Positions 38,960-51,389 of a stretch of DNA of 64,000 bases are shown here, in pieces; within the stretch, counting starts at the first letter, position 1, and each line of letters starts with the position of its first letter. Source of the DNA: Gracilinanus agilis (lineage: Eukaryota); the NCBI RefSeq assembly GCF_016433145.1, contig NC_058130.1, positions 493,838,617 through 493,902,616 of the forward strand, read 5' to 3'. The notes beneath the pieces were generated by a model that was not told the DNA's origin, ran no database searches, and worked only from the letters and a program-made list of their open reading frames with translations. The position numbers were made by a program, and so were the translations under genes.

Positions 38960-39620
38960 TTGTAAGTATTCCTGTGGTATGGCCAAGTTACCTCTACCTG
39001 AACACAAATATAATTCTTATGCAGTATCAGAGGCATTTAGCAGGTCATCCAATGTCTATTCTGATATGCAATATTTCTCACCTAGTTAAAGTATCAAGAC
39101 TTAAGTGGGTAAGGTGGTTTTAATGCCACCTTTACCTTTTATAAAAATCACTAACAAGGGGCAGCTTGGTGGCTTCATGGATAGAGAGCCAGGCCTGAAG
39201 AAGGGAGGTCCTAGTTTCAAATCTGACCCTAGACATTTCCTGGCTCTGTGACCCCTGAGCAAGTCATTTAATCCCAGTTGCCCAGCCCTTACCACTCTTC
39301 TGCCTTGGAACTGATACTTAATATTGATTCTAAGACAGAAGGTAAGGATTTTGGAAAAAGAAAACAAAACAAACAAAAAAATAACCACCTAACAAAAACT
39401 TTTAAATGATCAAAGTATCAAGCACAGATTCCTGGAGCCCCTGAATGAAGATATCTTTCCAGGTAATCTAAAACTAATGATTGCTCTTTTGGACCAGCCT
39501 TTTAACCAGTTCTGAACCCATTTATATACTATTACACAGCCTACATTTCTCTCTTATTGACAAAAATAGCATAAGAAACTTGGTCAGATGCTTTGTGAAA
39601 ACCTAGGTGAATTCTGTTGA
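38960..39620 (-). mobile_element. L3/CR1 RT fragment, split by a SINE1
   Basis: Antisense remnant of the LDFSKAFD motif (tcagatgctttgtgaaaacctag) near 39585-39607. Confidence 0.6.
39158..39380 (+). mobile_element. SINE1_Mdo-type SINE
   Basis: Family match, inserted in the L3 fragment. Confidence 0.85.
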
Positions 39621-39689
39621 TAGCAGTCCAGTGACTAGGGATCTAGGGATCCAGTCCAGGGATCCTTCCAAAAATACCCAATTAAAAAA

Positions 39690-42310
39690 TGTGTATTTAT
39701 TCTAGAGGTGGGATAAGGAGTCACTGATGGTGAGGCTTAACAGGAGAATAACATAGTCATATGGGTGCATTAGGAAACTTACTCTGGCAGCTGTGCCAAG
39801 AATGATGACGTGGGGGAAAGAGACACTAAGGGGGAAAGAGGTTATTTAAGAGCTTAATCTACTAGTCTAGGTAAGAAGCGATGAGAGTGAGAGTGAGAAT
39901 GAGAGAAAGAGATGGATGTGAGATATTTCTTTTCTTTTTAATCCAGATCTGTGATTAAAGCACTCTAAGGAACTTTGAGCAGCGTATATCTTTCTGCCAA
40001 TGGGGATTGGTACTTGCTCTGTAATGCATATTTTTAGAGACCTGTCAGGGGCACTGAAAGGTTAAGTGATTTGCTCCGAGTCACACCACTAGTATGTGGC
40101 AGAGGTAAAGTCTTCCCAAGTCTGAGGCTCCCTCATTATCCACCACACTCTCACCAGAATATTGTTGAGATAAAATAGGTTCCTGGAAACTAAGTGGACT
40201 TGGGGAAAGGCAAAGGGAGCAAGAGCAAAGGGGGAGAGTTAAAGGTAATTGAAGTTTTTGAGCCTAGACTCCAGGAATAATGGAGGTGGCCTCAGAAGAA
40301 AAAGGGAGAATAGGGCAGTATTGTGGGGGAAGATGACAAATTCAGTTTAGGGGCATAATGTTAAATTTGACATGACATTGAAACATCCTAGTGGTGATAA
40401 AGAGCAGCTGATACAGACCTCTCGTTCAAGAAGAAGAGTAGTGTTGAGCATAGATTTGGGAATCATTTGTACAGAAGTGAACATTGAGCTCATGGGAATG
40501 GATGAGACAGGCAGTGAGGAGAGAACTGGAGAGTCTAGGAAAGAGGCTTTGGGGATACTTCCTGACCTCCAATCTTGTATCTCCAACCTCCTATTGACTA
40601 TCTGGAACTGAAAGTCTCATAACCATCTTAAACTCAATGTGTCAAAAACTGAACTCATCTTTCCTTTCAGATTCTTCCTTTCAGATTCTTCCTCTTCCTA
40701 GCAACTCAGGTGTCACCCTTAGCTCCTCACTCTTTTGCCACCACCCTCTGCACATCCCAATTAGTTACCAAGTCCTGCCAACTCTACCTTCCTGACAACT
40801 CATGTATGCCCCATCTCTTTTCTGACAATCTGATGATCCTGGTGATCTCCCTGACTCATCTCTCCCCACCCTAGGCCATCCTCCACATAGCTGGCAAACT
40901 TACCTGTCTCAAACACAGGTCTGACCCCTCTATACCCTGCTCCCTGTTACCTCCAGGAGAAAAAAGGATAAAATCCTTTTTTTATATTTGATCCTGAAAG
41001 AGCTTTTAGGGCATTTCATAACCTGACTCCTTTCTACCTGTTTATAGACTTCTTACACCTTCTTTCCACACTGGCTTCCTTGATAATCCTTGAACAAGAT
41101 ACTCCATCTCCCAGTTCTGGGCATTTTTACTGTCTTTTTCTAGTCCCTGACTTCCTTGGATTCCTTCAAATCTTGATTAAAATCCTATCTTCCGAAAGCA
41201 GCTTGTCTCAGTCTTCCTTAATCTTAATGCCATTTCTCCATAGATTGTCTCCAATTTATCCTGTATATATAGTCTGTACATAGTTTTTGCATGTTGTCTA
41301 CCCAATTAGACTGATTTTGATTTTGATTTTTGTTCTTTTGAGATGCTTTGTTGTGATCGGGAGTAGGAAGAGTCGTCAAGTTCCTTCTACACTGCAGACA
41401 TCTTAGCCTGCAAGTCCTAGACTGTTTTTGAGAGCAGAGACTTGTTTTTAACTTTCTTTGTATTTCTACCATAAGCACAGTGTCTGACACATTCTAGGGG
41501 CTCAAGAAATACTTGTTGACTTGACTGAAATCAACATTTATGGAATGGGTTGAAAGGAAACCAGTGAAGGATACCAAAATGTAGTAGCCAGATCTGCAGG
41601 AGGAGAAGTAGGAGTATCACAGAAACCAAGGAAAGAAAGCTATCCAAGAAGAGTGTTGAATGCTACAAAAAGATGAAGTCATGGAGATGACAGCTCAAAA
41701 AAGATGATTGGATTTAGCAGTTGAGAGGCCATTGGTGACCTTTGAGAAGGGAGTTTCAGGCCAGTGGTGGGTTTGGAGGTGAGGTTGCAAGGAATATAGT
41801 AAGGAGAAACAATACATATAGATTACTTTTTTCTAGCAGCTTAGTAGTGAAAAGAAGAGAAATATAGGCTGTAATAGCTTGAGAGGAAAGCATGATCAGG
41901 GGAAGGGGGTTAGGGATAGTTTTTGGAGGAAGAGAATTAGGGAGGTGTTAAGGATGGAAGAGAGCTGAGCATGTTTAGGCTACAAACAAGTCAGTGGGTA
42001 AGGATGGATTATAAGGAGAATGATTGATGGAGCAAATTCTTAAAGAGAGATGGGAGGAGATAGGCTCAAGGATAAGACCCTGGCCTCTGAGACTGGAGGA
42101 TGGGTAAAAGTATAGAGAAGCTTTGAGGTTTGGAGAGAATATAAGAGATAAAAATGCTGTCAATCTCAGTAAAATAAGAATCCAAGTCATAAGGAATTTT
42201 TTGGTGGGAGGAGGGTGCTTGTAGTTGTAGTTGAATTCGAAAATAGGTTTGGAAAATCTACTGTTAAGAATGTGATTGGGACTCAATTAGAGATGAACTA
42301 AAGAATTTCT
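39690..42310. mobile_element. Minus-strand L2 (39690-40570 and 41530-42310) containing a plus-strand L2 (40570-41525)
   Basis: Strand switch from purine-rich to pyrimidine-rich L2 text at ~40570. L2 3' tail ttgttgacttgactgaa at ~41515-41530. Confidence 0.6.
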
Positions 42311-43544
42311 GTGCAACAGGGAGATTAGATAACATAAATTTATAATGAATCCAGCCCCTTCTAGACTGACATCCTTCCTTCCAGATGTTTCTTCTAGATA
42401 AGTTTCCCTAGAATATGAAAAGATATTCTTTAACCTTTTTTTCTTCTAATTTTTAAATCTCCTTTCTCTTTTCGTCTTCACCAGATCCTCCTGGGACAGG
42501 TTTGATAAGATATGGGATTAAGAAAGGGGTACTGACCAACTAAGAGAAGAAGCTCTGCTACAAAATAATCAAAATAGCCAGGCATGGAACTTCCTAACTG
42601 CTCCTCACCCCCTACTTCCAAACCTGGGAGAAACTCATACACATAAACAACTAAGCAGATTTCCTGCTTGCTTTCACACTTTGGGTAGTCAACCTGGTCA
42701 TCAGTCTGGGCCCTTGAAGGACAAGGGGGAGTGAAGTAGCCAGAGCTAAGGGCCATTGACCCAAATGATATGGCTTTGTGGGTTTTTTTTGCAGTCAAGT
42801 CTTAAATTTTTTCTTTTCTACTTAGTTGACCATTTTCTCATAGGCATTACTAAAAAAAGTTATATTATTTTTGACCCACCTTCTTAGAAGCTTTTCTTCT
42901 TCCTAAACAATTAGAAACCCAGTTCCTATCATTTTATTTTTAAATGTGTATGTGCACTGTTCATTTTTGGTTCTCCTTCCTTTATAACAATTCGTATACA
43001 TCTCAGCGTTCCTCTTTGTATTCTTCATATTCATCAAGTTCTTAAGGCCCCATGACATTCCAGGTTTACGTTCACAGACCCCAATTTGTTTAGTCATTCC
43101 TCGATCTACTAGTATCTCCTCTCTTACCAGTTTTTTTTTTTTTGCTACTATTCAAAGGGTTGCTATAAATATCTAAGTGTATATGAGGCTCTCTTTGATC
43201 TCTTTGGGGAATATATGCCAGCCCTGTGATATCTGAGCCAAGGGGCAGTTTAAGCTCTTAACATAATTCCAGATTGTTCCCAGTATGTTTGGCCCAACAT
43301 TTTCACTGCCACTGGCAGTATGATGTTGTGGAAGGAGCCCTGAATTTGGAGTCAGGAAGAACTGGGTTTAAATTTCATCTGAGACATTTACTGAGCTGGG
43401 AGATACCAGACAAGTCAATTAACCTGAGTTCCTAGTCTATAAAATGGGAATAATAATAGTACCTACTTTATAGGGTTGTTATGAGGATCACATGAGGTAA
43501 TATCTGTAAAGAGCTTTTGGAAATCTTAAAATACAATGAGATGA

Positions 43545-44720
43545 ATTCAGGACTGGCTGGATTACTGGACTCGTGGAGTAGATATTAATGGTTCAATGTC
43601 AATGTGGCAGGGTCTCCAGTTGGAGTACCCCAAGGCCCAATGCTTGGTCCTGTGTTACATTTTTATCAATGACTTGGATAAAGACATAGTTGGTATGTTC
43701 ATTAGATTTGCAGATGACACCAAGCTGGGAGAGTATACTAAGGGACACTAAGCTAACACACTGGATGACATCCAACATCCCAAAGGATCTTGATATGCTA
43801 GAGCATGGGATTGAATCTAATAAATGGATTCAACAGGGAGAAATTCAGTAAGGATAAGTAACCTTTTCACTGTGGAACAAAAAAAATAAGCTTCAGAAAT
43901 ATAAGATGAAGGAAGCTTGGTTTATAGTGGTTGTTCTGAAAAAGTTCTGGGGAGTTTTGGTGGCCAAAAAAGTGAATTTGCTCCTGGGCTACATTGAAAA
44001 AGGCATAGCTCGTACAAATAGATAGGTAATAGTGCTAACTGTACTCAGATCTCCTGAAGTATTGTAGTCCAGAAAAGGGAAACCAAGACAGTGAAAAACC
44101 CCAAATCCATGGGGTTGAGGGTTGGTCAAAGGACACAGTCATGTTTAGTGTGAAGACTTAGGAACATGATAGCTGTCTTCAAATATTTGAAAGGTTGTCA
44201 CAAGAAGGAGAAATTGTTGTTGTTCAGTCATGTCTAACTCTTTGTGGCCCCATTTGGGCAGTTTCTTGGACAAGATTCTGAAGAAGTTTGCCGTTAACTC
44301 TTTCAGTTCACTCTACAGATAAAGAAACTGAGGCAAGCAGGATTAAGCAACTTGCCCAGGGTCAGCTAGTCAGTGTCTGAATTCGCATTTGAACTCAGGT
44401 CTTCCTGAATGTAGGACCAGCATTCTATTCATTGAACTGCCTAGTTGTCCTGGAGGGGAAATCAGACTTGTTCTACTTGACAACATAGAGAAGAAGTAGG
44501 AGTCATGGGTAGAAGCTGCAGAGTTTACTCAAGCATGTATTCAGGAAAAATGTTCTAACAATTTGAGCTGACAAAAAAAAATGCAATGTGCTGCCTCAAA
44601 GAGTGTTGTTCTGTTTCTTTGGAGACCTTCAAGAAAAGGCTGGACAACCATTTGCCATGTAAGGGATAGCACGGATCCCTTTCATTAGATTGCCACTGAG
44701 ATCTCTTCTAACTCTGTGAT
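43545..44720 (+). mobile_element. L3/CR1 LINE RT region, interrupted by a SINE at ~44215-44450
   Basis: GVPQGPMLGPV at 43622 and FADDTKLG at 43707, which are the CR1 RT motifs. Confidence 0.88.
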
Positions 44721-45137
44721 TCAGCGGACACTTAAATGCCAACTATGAAAGTACTGGCGATAGTGATATTATAACAAGCTTCCTAAGCCATTTAATGCAA
44801 ACCTAGAGGCAGGCACAATTTTCTAAAAGCTAAACTCCAAAGAAGGAAACTGAGTCTCACAGGACTCTTGCTACTTATATGACCTTGGGCAAGTCACTTC
44901 ACCTCTATGGACTTCGGTTTGCTTCTCTGTAAAAAGGAGATTGTCTCCAAGATTCCTCGCAGCTCTAAATCTATGATCCTGTGACTACAGATACCATAAG
45001 CCAAATTGTTTAGCTCTTCTTTAACGTACATTCAAATTCAACTTTATCTTTAGCAGGTAAGAAGAGGAAATGGTTCTTTAGCCTTTCAGACTGCTGTGAG
45101 AATTATCTTTAGGGACAAACTCCAGGCCATTCCTGAG

Positions 45138-45181
45138 CAGGAAGTTGCAGCAGCTGGAGGAACTGTGGTTAGGGAATCTCC
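45138..45181. promoter_or_regulatory. Candidate enhancer core: ETS, E-box, RUNX and NF-kB motifs
   Basis: CAGGAAGT 45138-45145, CAGCTG 45151-45156, TGTGGTT 45164-45170 and GGGAATCTCC 45172-45181, in sequence with no recognisable repeat. Confidence 0.4.
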
Positions 45182-46224
45182 CCATGGGGCTTAGCTTTTT
45201 GCTCCATCTTGTTCCTTCAATGACAGCCCTATTCATTTCTTCACTTTCCGGCCAGTTTCTTTGCTTCCCGACTGCCTCAATCCTCCAAGCCTCGTACTTT
45301 AGGAATGCTGAGGGCAGCAGATTGTGTTAGGGGGTCCCTTGTGAGAGAATCATTTTGGGTCCAGTTCCAAAAATTTCACAGACAGTTCAGCTTCTTGAGG
45401 TAGGTCCCAGGAAAACTGACAACACCTCCCCATTGTTGAAGTTGGAAAAAAAGTTCTATCAAAAATAAAACGTAGCATCTGGAAAATGGAGACTCATTTT
45501 ATAAGAAAGAGAGCCAGGGAAACAGAGATTTTCCTTCTAAAAGGATAAGATTTTCTGATCAAACCATGTTCTCAGATACTCCAAATCTGTCACATGCTCT
45601 CCAAATTAGAGGCAAGCCAGGGTAGAGGAATTGTTCCCCCCCCCCCATTTAAAATAGCCTTGATTCTTGTTTCCTGAACTTGTAGGGGTGGTGTGGATAA
45701 ATTTGGTTTTGTTGACATCCTTCCAAAACCTGATCAACTCACTGATTAGCTGTTCTGAAGTACGGAGAGGAAACTTCCTATTTATGTATTTTCTGGAGCA
45801 GCCTATTGGGAAATGCTTTACTTCAAGGTAAAAAGTGCAGTAATTTCTGTATTCTAAATTTGCTCCACTTAATAAGGGGAATAAGTAAAAAACAAACGAA
45901 CAAAAAAACCTAGATGGAAAATATCAAAAGGCCTGCAATGAAACCCCCTTGAAGAAAGACAAGAGGAACCTAAGCCCCAAATGATTTTAGAATATTGAGG
46001 ATATCATCTAGCACTTATGTAGTACTTTACACATATTATATAGTGTGTAGATACCATTAATATCCCTATTTTACATATGAGGAAGCTGAAGCAGCCAGAG
46101 GTTAAATGACTTACCCAGGGTCACATACCTAGTGTCTGAAACTGGATGTGAACTTCCTGACTCCAGTCTAACACTATCCCCTATATCGCCAAGTCCAAAA
46201 GACTAACTATAGACTTAGCAAACC

Positions 46225-46782
46225 ATTTCTTTCTTTCCTTCTTTCCTTCTCTACCTCCTACCTCCCTCTCTTCTTCCTTCTCTCCTTCCTTCCTTCCTTC
46301 CTTCCTTCCTTNNNNNNNNNNNNNNNNNNNNNNNNNNNNNNNNNNNNNNNNNNNNNNNNNNNNNNNNNNNNNNNNNNNNNNNNNNNNNNNNNNNNNNNNN
46401 NNNNNNNNNNNNNNNNNNNNNNNNNNNNNNNNNNNNNNNNNNNNNNNNNNNNNNNNNNNNNNNNNNNNNNNNNNNNNNNNNNNNNNNNNNNNNNNNNNNN
46501 NNNNNNNNNNNNNNNNNNNNNNNNNNNNNNNNNNNNNNNNNNNNNNNNNNNNNNNNNNNNNNNNNNNNNNNNNNNNNNNNNNNNNNNNNNNNNNNNNNNN
46601 NNNNNNNNNNNNNNNNNNNNNNNNNNNNNNNNNNNNNNNNNNNNNNNNNNNNNNNNNNNNNNNNNNNNNNNNNNNNNNNNNNNNNNNNNTCTCTCTCTCC
46701 CTCTTTCTCTCTCTCTCTCTCCCTCCCTCCCTCCCTCCCTCCCTCCCTCCTTCCTTCCTTCCTTCCTTCCTTCCTTTTCTTC
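46225..46782. repeat. (TTCC)n/(TC)n/(TCCC)n pyrimidine array spanning an assembly gap
   Basis: Direct reading on both sides of the N run. Confidence 0.9.
46312..46689. other. Assembly gap (378 N)
   Basis: N run. Confidence 1.
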
Positions 46783-46930
46783 TATCTTGAAGAGCAATAA
46801 GGGCTAGGCAATTAGGGTTAAGTGACTTGTCCAGTAACACACAGCTAGAAAGTGTCTAAGGCCAGATTTGAACATAAGTCCTCCTGACTCCAGATCTGGC
46901 TCTTTATTCACTGAGCCACCCAGCTGCCCT
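46780..46930 (-). mobile_element. SINE1/Mar1-type SINE whose tail runs into the (TTCC)n/(TCCC)n array
   Basis: agggctaggcaattagggttaagtgacttg...ccacccagctgccc. Confidence 0.75.
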
Positions 46931-47384
46931 CATTTTCTTTATTTATAAAATTAGGAGCTGCAGTGCATTTAGTGCTAGGTCTGGAGTGAAGCCCTGTGTT
47001 CAAACATAACTTACTAGCTGTGTGACCCTGAGCAAATCACTTGAAATTTCCTCATCTGCAAAATGAGCCAGAGGAGGAAATGACAAACTACTCCAATATC
47101 CTTGCCAAGAAAACCCCAAATGGGGTCAAGAAGAACACTGCGATGAATGAACGTGCACATATTATCAAGGGATAGATAAAAGGCAGTGTGGTGTAGCAGG
47201 GAGAGCTGTCTTTCAAGTCAAGAAGACTGGGGTTCGCTCCTCTTAGACATCCTGCCTGTTTGACTTTGAGAAAGTTATATAAACTTATACTGCTCTAAGC
47301 AAGTCCCTGAGACGATAAATGCGGACTAACTGGAGGTCCCTAAATTGATCAAATCAAGGATTTGCTTTAAAAATAAGGGGAGGG

Positions 47385-48005
47385 GGGTGCATTATCATCA
47401 TCCGGATGAAAGCCGCCAGATAGTGTGTATTTGCATGTTCAGAACCAAAGACCCTATTTGCCACGCCCACCTCCCCTCCCCCAATAGTTTGGGTTACTAG
47501 GAAGGGACGCGGGAATGCAGGGGGTGGGAGTGGGCAGGGTGGACGAGGCTGAGGGATCCACGCTCTCTTGCCCACTAGCCCAAAGTAGACAGCAGGCACC
47601 CGGCTCAGAGCGGCCGGCAGTGGGGAATGTGCAGGATTGTTACGCAAGCGTATCAACATGTTTTTAATTACCCATGAGCCCGGTAAAGAGGCTTTGCTAA
47701 AGCTCTCGCGAGTCCGGTTCCTTCATATCTGCCTCAATCCTCAGCCAGCTGCCTGGAGCCGAGCAGAGGAAGTTTTCACTGCGCTCATCACTCTAACAGC
47801 CTCGGCACTCAGGAACTCTCATCAGGAGTTCCTGGAGGGTTACCGAGACGCAAGAATTCACGTTGGAAAGGATGATGCTGAACGAGAGCGCGATACCCAA
47901 AACTCTGGCAGCGCTTTGTCTTTTTCATCCTAGGAGTCTCGACTATTTTCAGCGTTTTAAACCAATTAAATGAAACCTAAAGGAGTTATCATACATAATA
48001 CGTGG
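47385..48005. promoter_or_regulatory. Orphan CpG-rich island, candidate enhancer or promoter
   Basis: About 29 CpGs counted by eye in ~600 bp against a strongly CpG-depleted background. Not repeat-like. Octamer ATTTGCAT 47429-47436, SP/KLF GCCACGCCCAC 47460-47470, TCTCGCGAG 47704-47712. Confidence 0.65.
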
Positions 48006-48869
48006 AATTCCAGCCTGAGGTTCACTACACAGTTTACATCTCAAAGCTGCAAGCTGTTTGGTGAGAGAGCCAGGGAGTAAAATGGATGTAAATCTTGTCA
48101 CAGGAAATCTGTCCCTGGGCAGCTCCTGGCAAGCTGTTTTTAGTGATTTAACCAGTAACCAGATAGGAAATTGTATTTTAGAAGACTGATAGTGACAAGT
48201 CCTCTGTCACATCATTTAGAGCACAAAAACGGCCCATTAAACTGAACATATATTCATTTGATGACATTTGAAACACATTTTCCTAATCCCAAGGGTTCTC
48301 ACAAAACACTATCTTCACATTTAAACAAGGCATGCCTCAGAGAACTAGCCAAAAACAAGGGGAAAAAACCCAAACAACAAAGATAGCACTTATGAAGGAA
48401 TTTCCCGTGTGCGTGTTTTTTTTTTTTAAACCATTGAATAGATTCTGTTCCATGAAAACTAACAATAGTGTTTGTGGCTTCTCTGTGTCCTCCATTAACA
48501 TTACCAAATCCTAGTTGCCATCAAACCCCATTCCTTGGGCCAAGGAGCCAGTTGGGAAATGGGGCCAGCACTCAGTGTGAGGAAAGGCAGAAGTAGCCTG
48601 TGTCCAAAATCATCTCACTTTGGGGTGTGGAGGCAGTTCAAAGGGCCAGTTCTGAGTGGCGTTGCTCTTGGGACAAGAACTGAGTCTGACCCCTGAGGTT
48701 TTCTAATTTGGAGAAGGCTTGGTCTCACTGAGCCCTTTCAAAGGCAGGTATCCCAATGTGGAGAACACCCTAGGACGGTGTTAGTGCTTTTTCTGAGATT
48801 ATTAGACATTCCCTATTATTTGGGAGTTTTGACTTTCATCATTTCACCTGATAAAAAGGACCATGCCAA

Positions 48870-49392
48870 AAGCTGCAAAATGAGGGGGGTGTCCCTTGGG
48901 TGGGGAATGGTTGAAGAAATTGTGGTCTATGATGGTGATAGAATACTATTGTGCTCTAGGGAATGAGGAACAGCTTGATTTCCTAAAGAATTGGAAAGAC
49001 CTCTATGAACTGATGCAGAGTGAAATAAGGAGAACATTGTGCATAGTGACTGATACACTGTGGGATGATCCAATACAATAGACTTTGCTACTAACAGCAA
49101 TGCAAGGATCCAGGACAAAGCTGAGGGACTTATGAGAAAGAATGCTATCCATATCTAGAGAAAGAACTGTGGGAGTAGAAATCCAAAAGAAAACATATGA
49201 TTTATCACTTGTTTATATGGGTATAGGATTAGGGGTTTTGGTTTTAAAAGATTATTACAAAAGTGAATAATATGAAAATGGGAATTGAGTGTATAACCCA
49301 GTGGAATTGCTTGTCAGCTCCAGGAGGGAGGAGGGAAAGAATGAATCATATAACCATGAAAAAAAATAGTTTTTAAAAAATTAAAATAAAAA
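48870..49392 (+). mobile_element. 5'-truncated L1
   Basis: GEWLKKLW...EYYCA...LYELMQSE remnant. TSD GACCATGCCAA at 48859-48869 and 49393-49403. Confidence 0.9.
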
Positions 49393-50754
49393 GACCATGC
49401 CAATTAATGGATTCATTTCAGTTAGGAGCTCTCTAATTCTTTATCATTCCAAATTGGTCCATGAGATATGCTTTACTGTGACCTCATTTGTGGAAGGCTG
49501 GGAAGACAGAATTGATGGAGTGTTTATTTTTAACAACTAGAAAAAAGATGACTCGGGAAAGGAGTTTAATTTAAAATATTAGAATGTTATTAGAAAAGTG
49601 ACCCAATCTACTAAGATGATGGAAAAGAAAACATGAAATCAGTGAATGAAGAATCTGAATCAGAAGTAACCTTAGCAACATAAAGAGGAAGGAGGTTGGA
49701 AAGGTGACCCTCCAAAAGAATTGCACGTAATGTAGCATTCTTTAGAGTCTGATGTTGATATATGTATATAGCACAGAATGTGGAAGTGTTCCGCAGGAGA
49801 GACCTCAGACTGTTGGGGGAACTTCCAAGTCTCCTTGTTCAATCTAGGCCTAACAATAACCTTGGCTCTCTATCAGACTTCATGTTGGTTATTAAGTTCA
49901 AAATTCTATAAGGGGGTGAAGGGGAAGGGAATAAGCAAGTGCCTGTTCTGTGCCAGGCATTGTGCTAAGCACTTTACAAATATTTGTATTTGTAATGATC
50001 CTCACTATGATCCTGTAAGAAAGCAGAGAGTAGTTGACTTGTCCAGTCATAAGTGTCTGAGGCTGGATCTGAATTCAAACTTCCTGGTCCAATTCTCTAT
50101 CTCTATGCTACCTCGCTGTCTCTTAATAGCCAGTGGCAACTGAAAGAATAAAGAGAACTTTGGAGTGGGGGAAGAGGGGAGAGACAGTGGATGAACCAAA
50201 AAAAAAAAAAAATGATGAAATGGTATGGCATATAAGAAAAAAAACTATCAGGAAACATTAAACAAACTGGGATTATTCACACTTAGAGAAAGTAAGGCTG
50301 AGAGATAACATGAACATCAAGGATGCTGATTAACAAAGAAATAAAGGAAAGCTATAGAAATGTTTATATTACAGAGAAAGAATTGTGTTGAATATGAAAA
50401 AAATTTCCTTATTTTGAAGCTTGTTATATTTTGGAGTGGGCTATAGAGTGATTTGGGGTTTTTTTGAGGATTTTTTTTTTTTAAAGACAGATTTAAATCT
50501 GTTTTGGATGACTTTCAAATGATAACCAAATGACCTTTTAAGGTGCCCCGCTTAACTCTATGATCCCACTTTTCCATTGCTTATTTAACTCTATTAAAAG
50601 TTCTAGAGAGGTTGCCAATGTTTTTGGTGACACAGCTTATGTATAATTATTTAAATAAGGATAAAGATGTACATATATGACGTGTCTTACAGCTGGTCAT
50701 CAGCAGCTACCAGAGATCTTAAAAGATCCATGTCTAGAGGTGATCCACTAGAGC

Positions 50755-50978
50755 AGGGGTGGTGGACCTTTTCCCAGTTTGAGTGCCCAGAGGGCAAATT
50801 CAAGCTGTTTGTGGTCCCCCAGATTACTGGAGAGAGCGAGGGAGAAAGTGTTCCCTTTGGGCGGCTGGACAGAGGGGCAGGACATCCAAAAAATGTCCTT
50901 GGGAGCTGGGAAGAGGGGGACGGGAGCAGCTCCCCCAGTGCTAGCTCTGCCTGTGTGCCATGGCTTCACCAACAAGGC
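50755..50978. mobile_element. Degenerate hAT-type MITE near or inside the distal RDH10 3' UTR
   Basis: Similar to 2490-2712. Imperfect flanks cactagag / cacttaga. Confidence 0.55.
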
Positions 50979-51351
50979 ACTTAGAAGCCTTCTGATACTG
51001 GTACTGAGGAATGCTCTGCCCCAGCCCATGGCAGGTGTCTTGGTGAGCTGATCTGAAGCATGACTGAATTCATGGAATGTGAGTGCTGTTGGGGGTGGGG
51101 GGGGTGGGAGGGGGTGGCAGGTTTACTCTTTTTCTAACTCTTGTTTTTCTACATTCAGTATGAACTATTTAAAATAACCTGAGTAGATAGTAACATTCAA
51201 AATGTTAAATGTATTAAGCAGAATTATCTCAGCCAGACACTAAAAAAAAAGACTAAGATAGAAGTTGGTGTGCAAAAAGACAGTGTTTCCCAACAGCATG
51301 GCTAATCATTGGCAGGCATACAATCTGTAATCTGGAAGTTAGTTCTTTTGA

Positions 51352-51389
51352 TTTAATCAGTCTTTTACAAAACTTCCCAATCATTTAAT
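51352..51389 (-). terminator. Pair of candidate distal ATTAAA polyadenylation signals
   Basis: tttaat on the plus strand at 51352-51357 and 51384-51389. Confidence 0.35.

Noticed and set aside
31858-46840. ORFs containing X runs (31858-32233 and 46181-46840) and low-complexity ORFs (KKKK, HTHT, EGRK)
   Set aside because: Artefacts of assembly gaps, poly(A) tails and microsatellites.
1-47000. Search for exons of the expected neighbour STAU2 (therian synteny, from memory) or processed pseudogenes
   Set aside because: No supportable coding exon was recognised.
47637-47933. 98-aa ORF (and 47354-47659 on the minus strand) inside the CpG-rich island
   Set aside because: No recognisable protein family or exon structure. 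Open frames are expected in GC-rich DNA.
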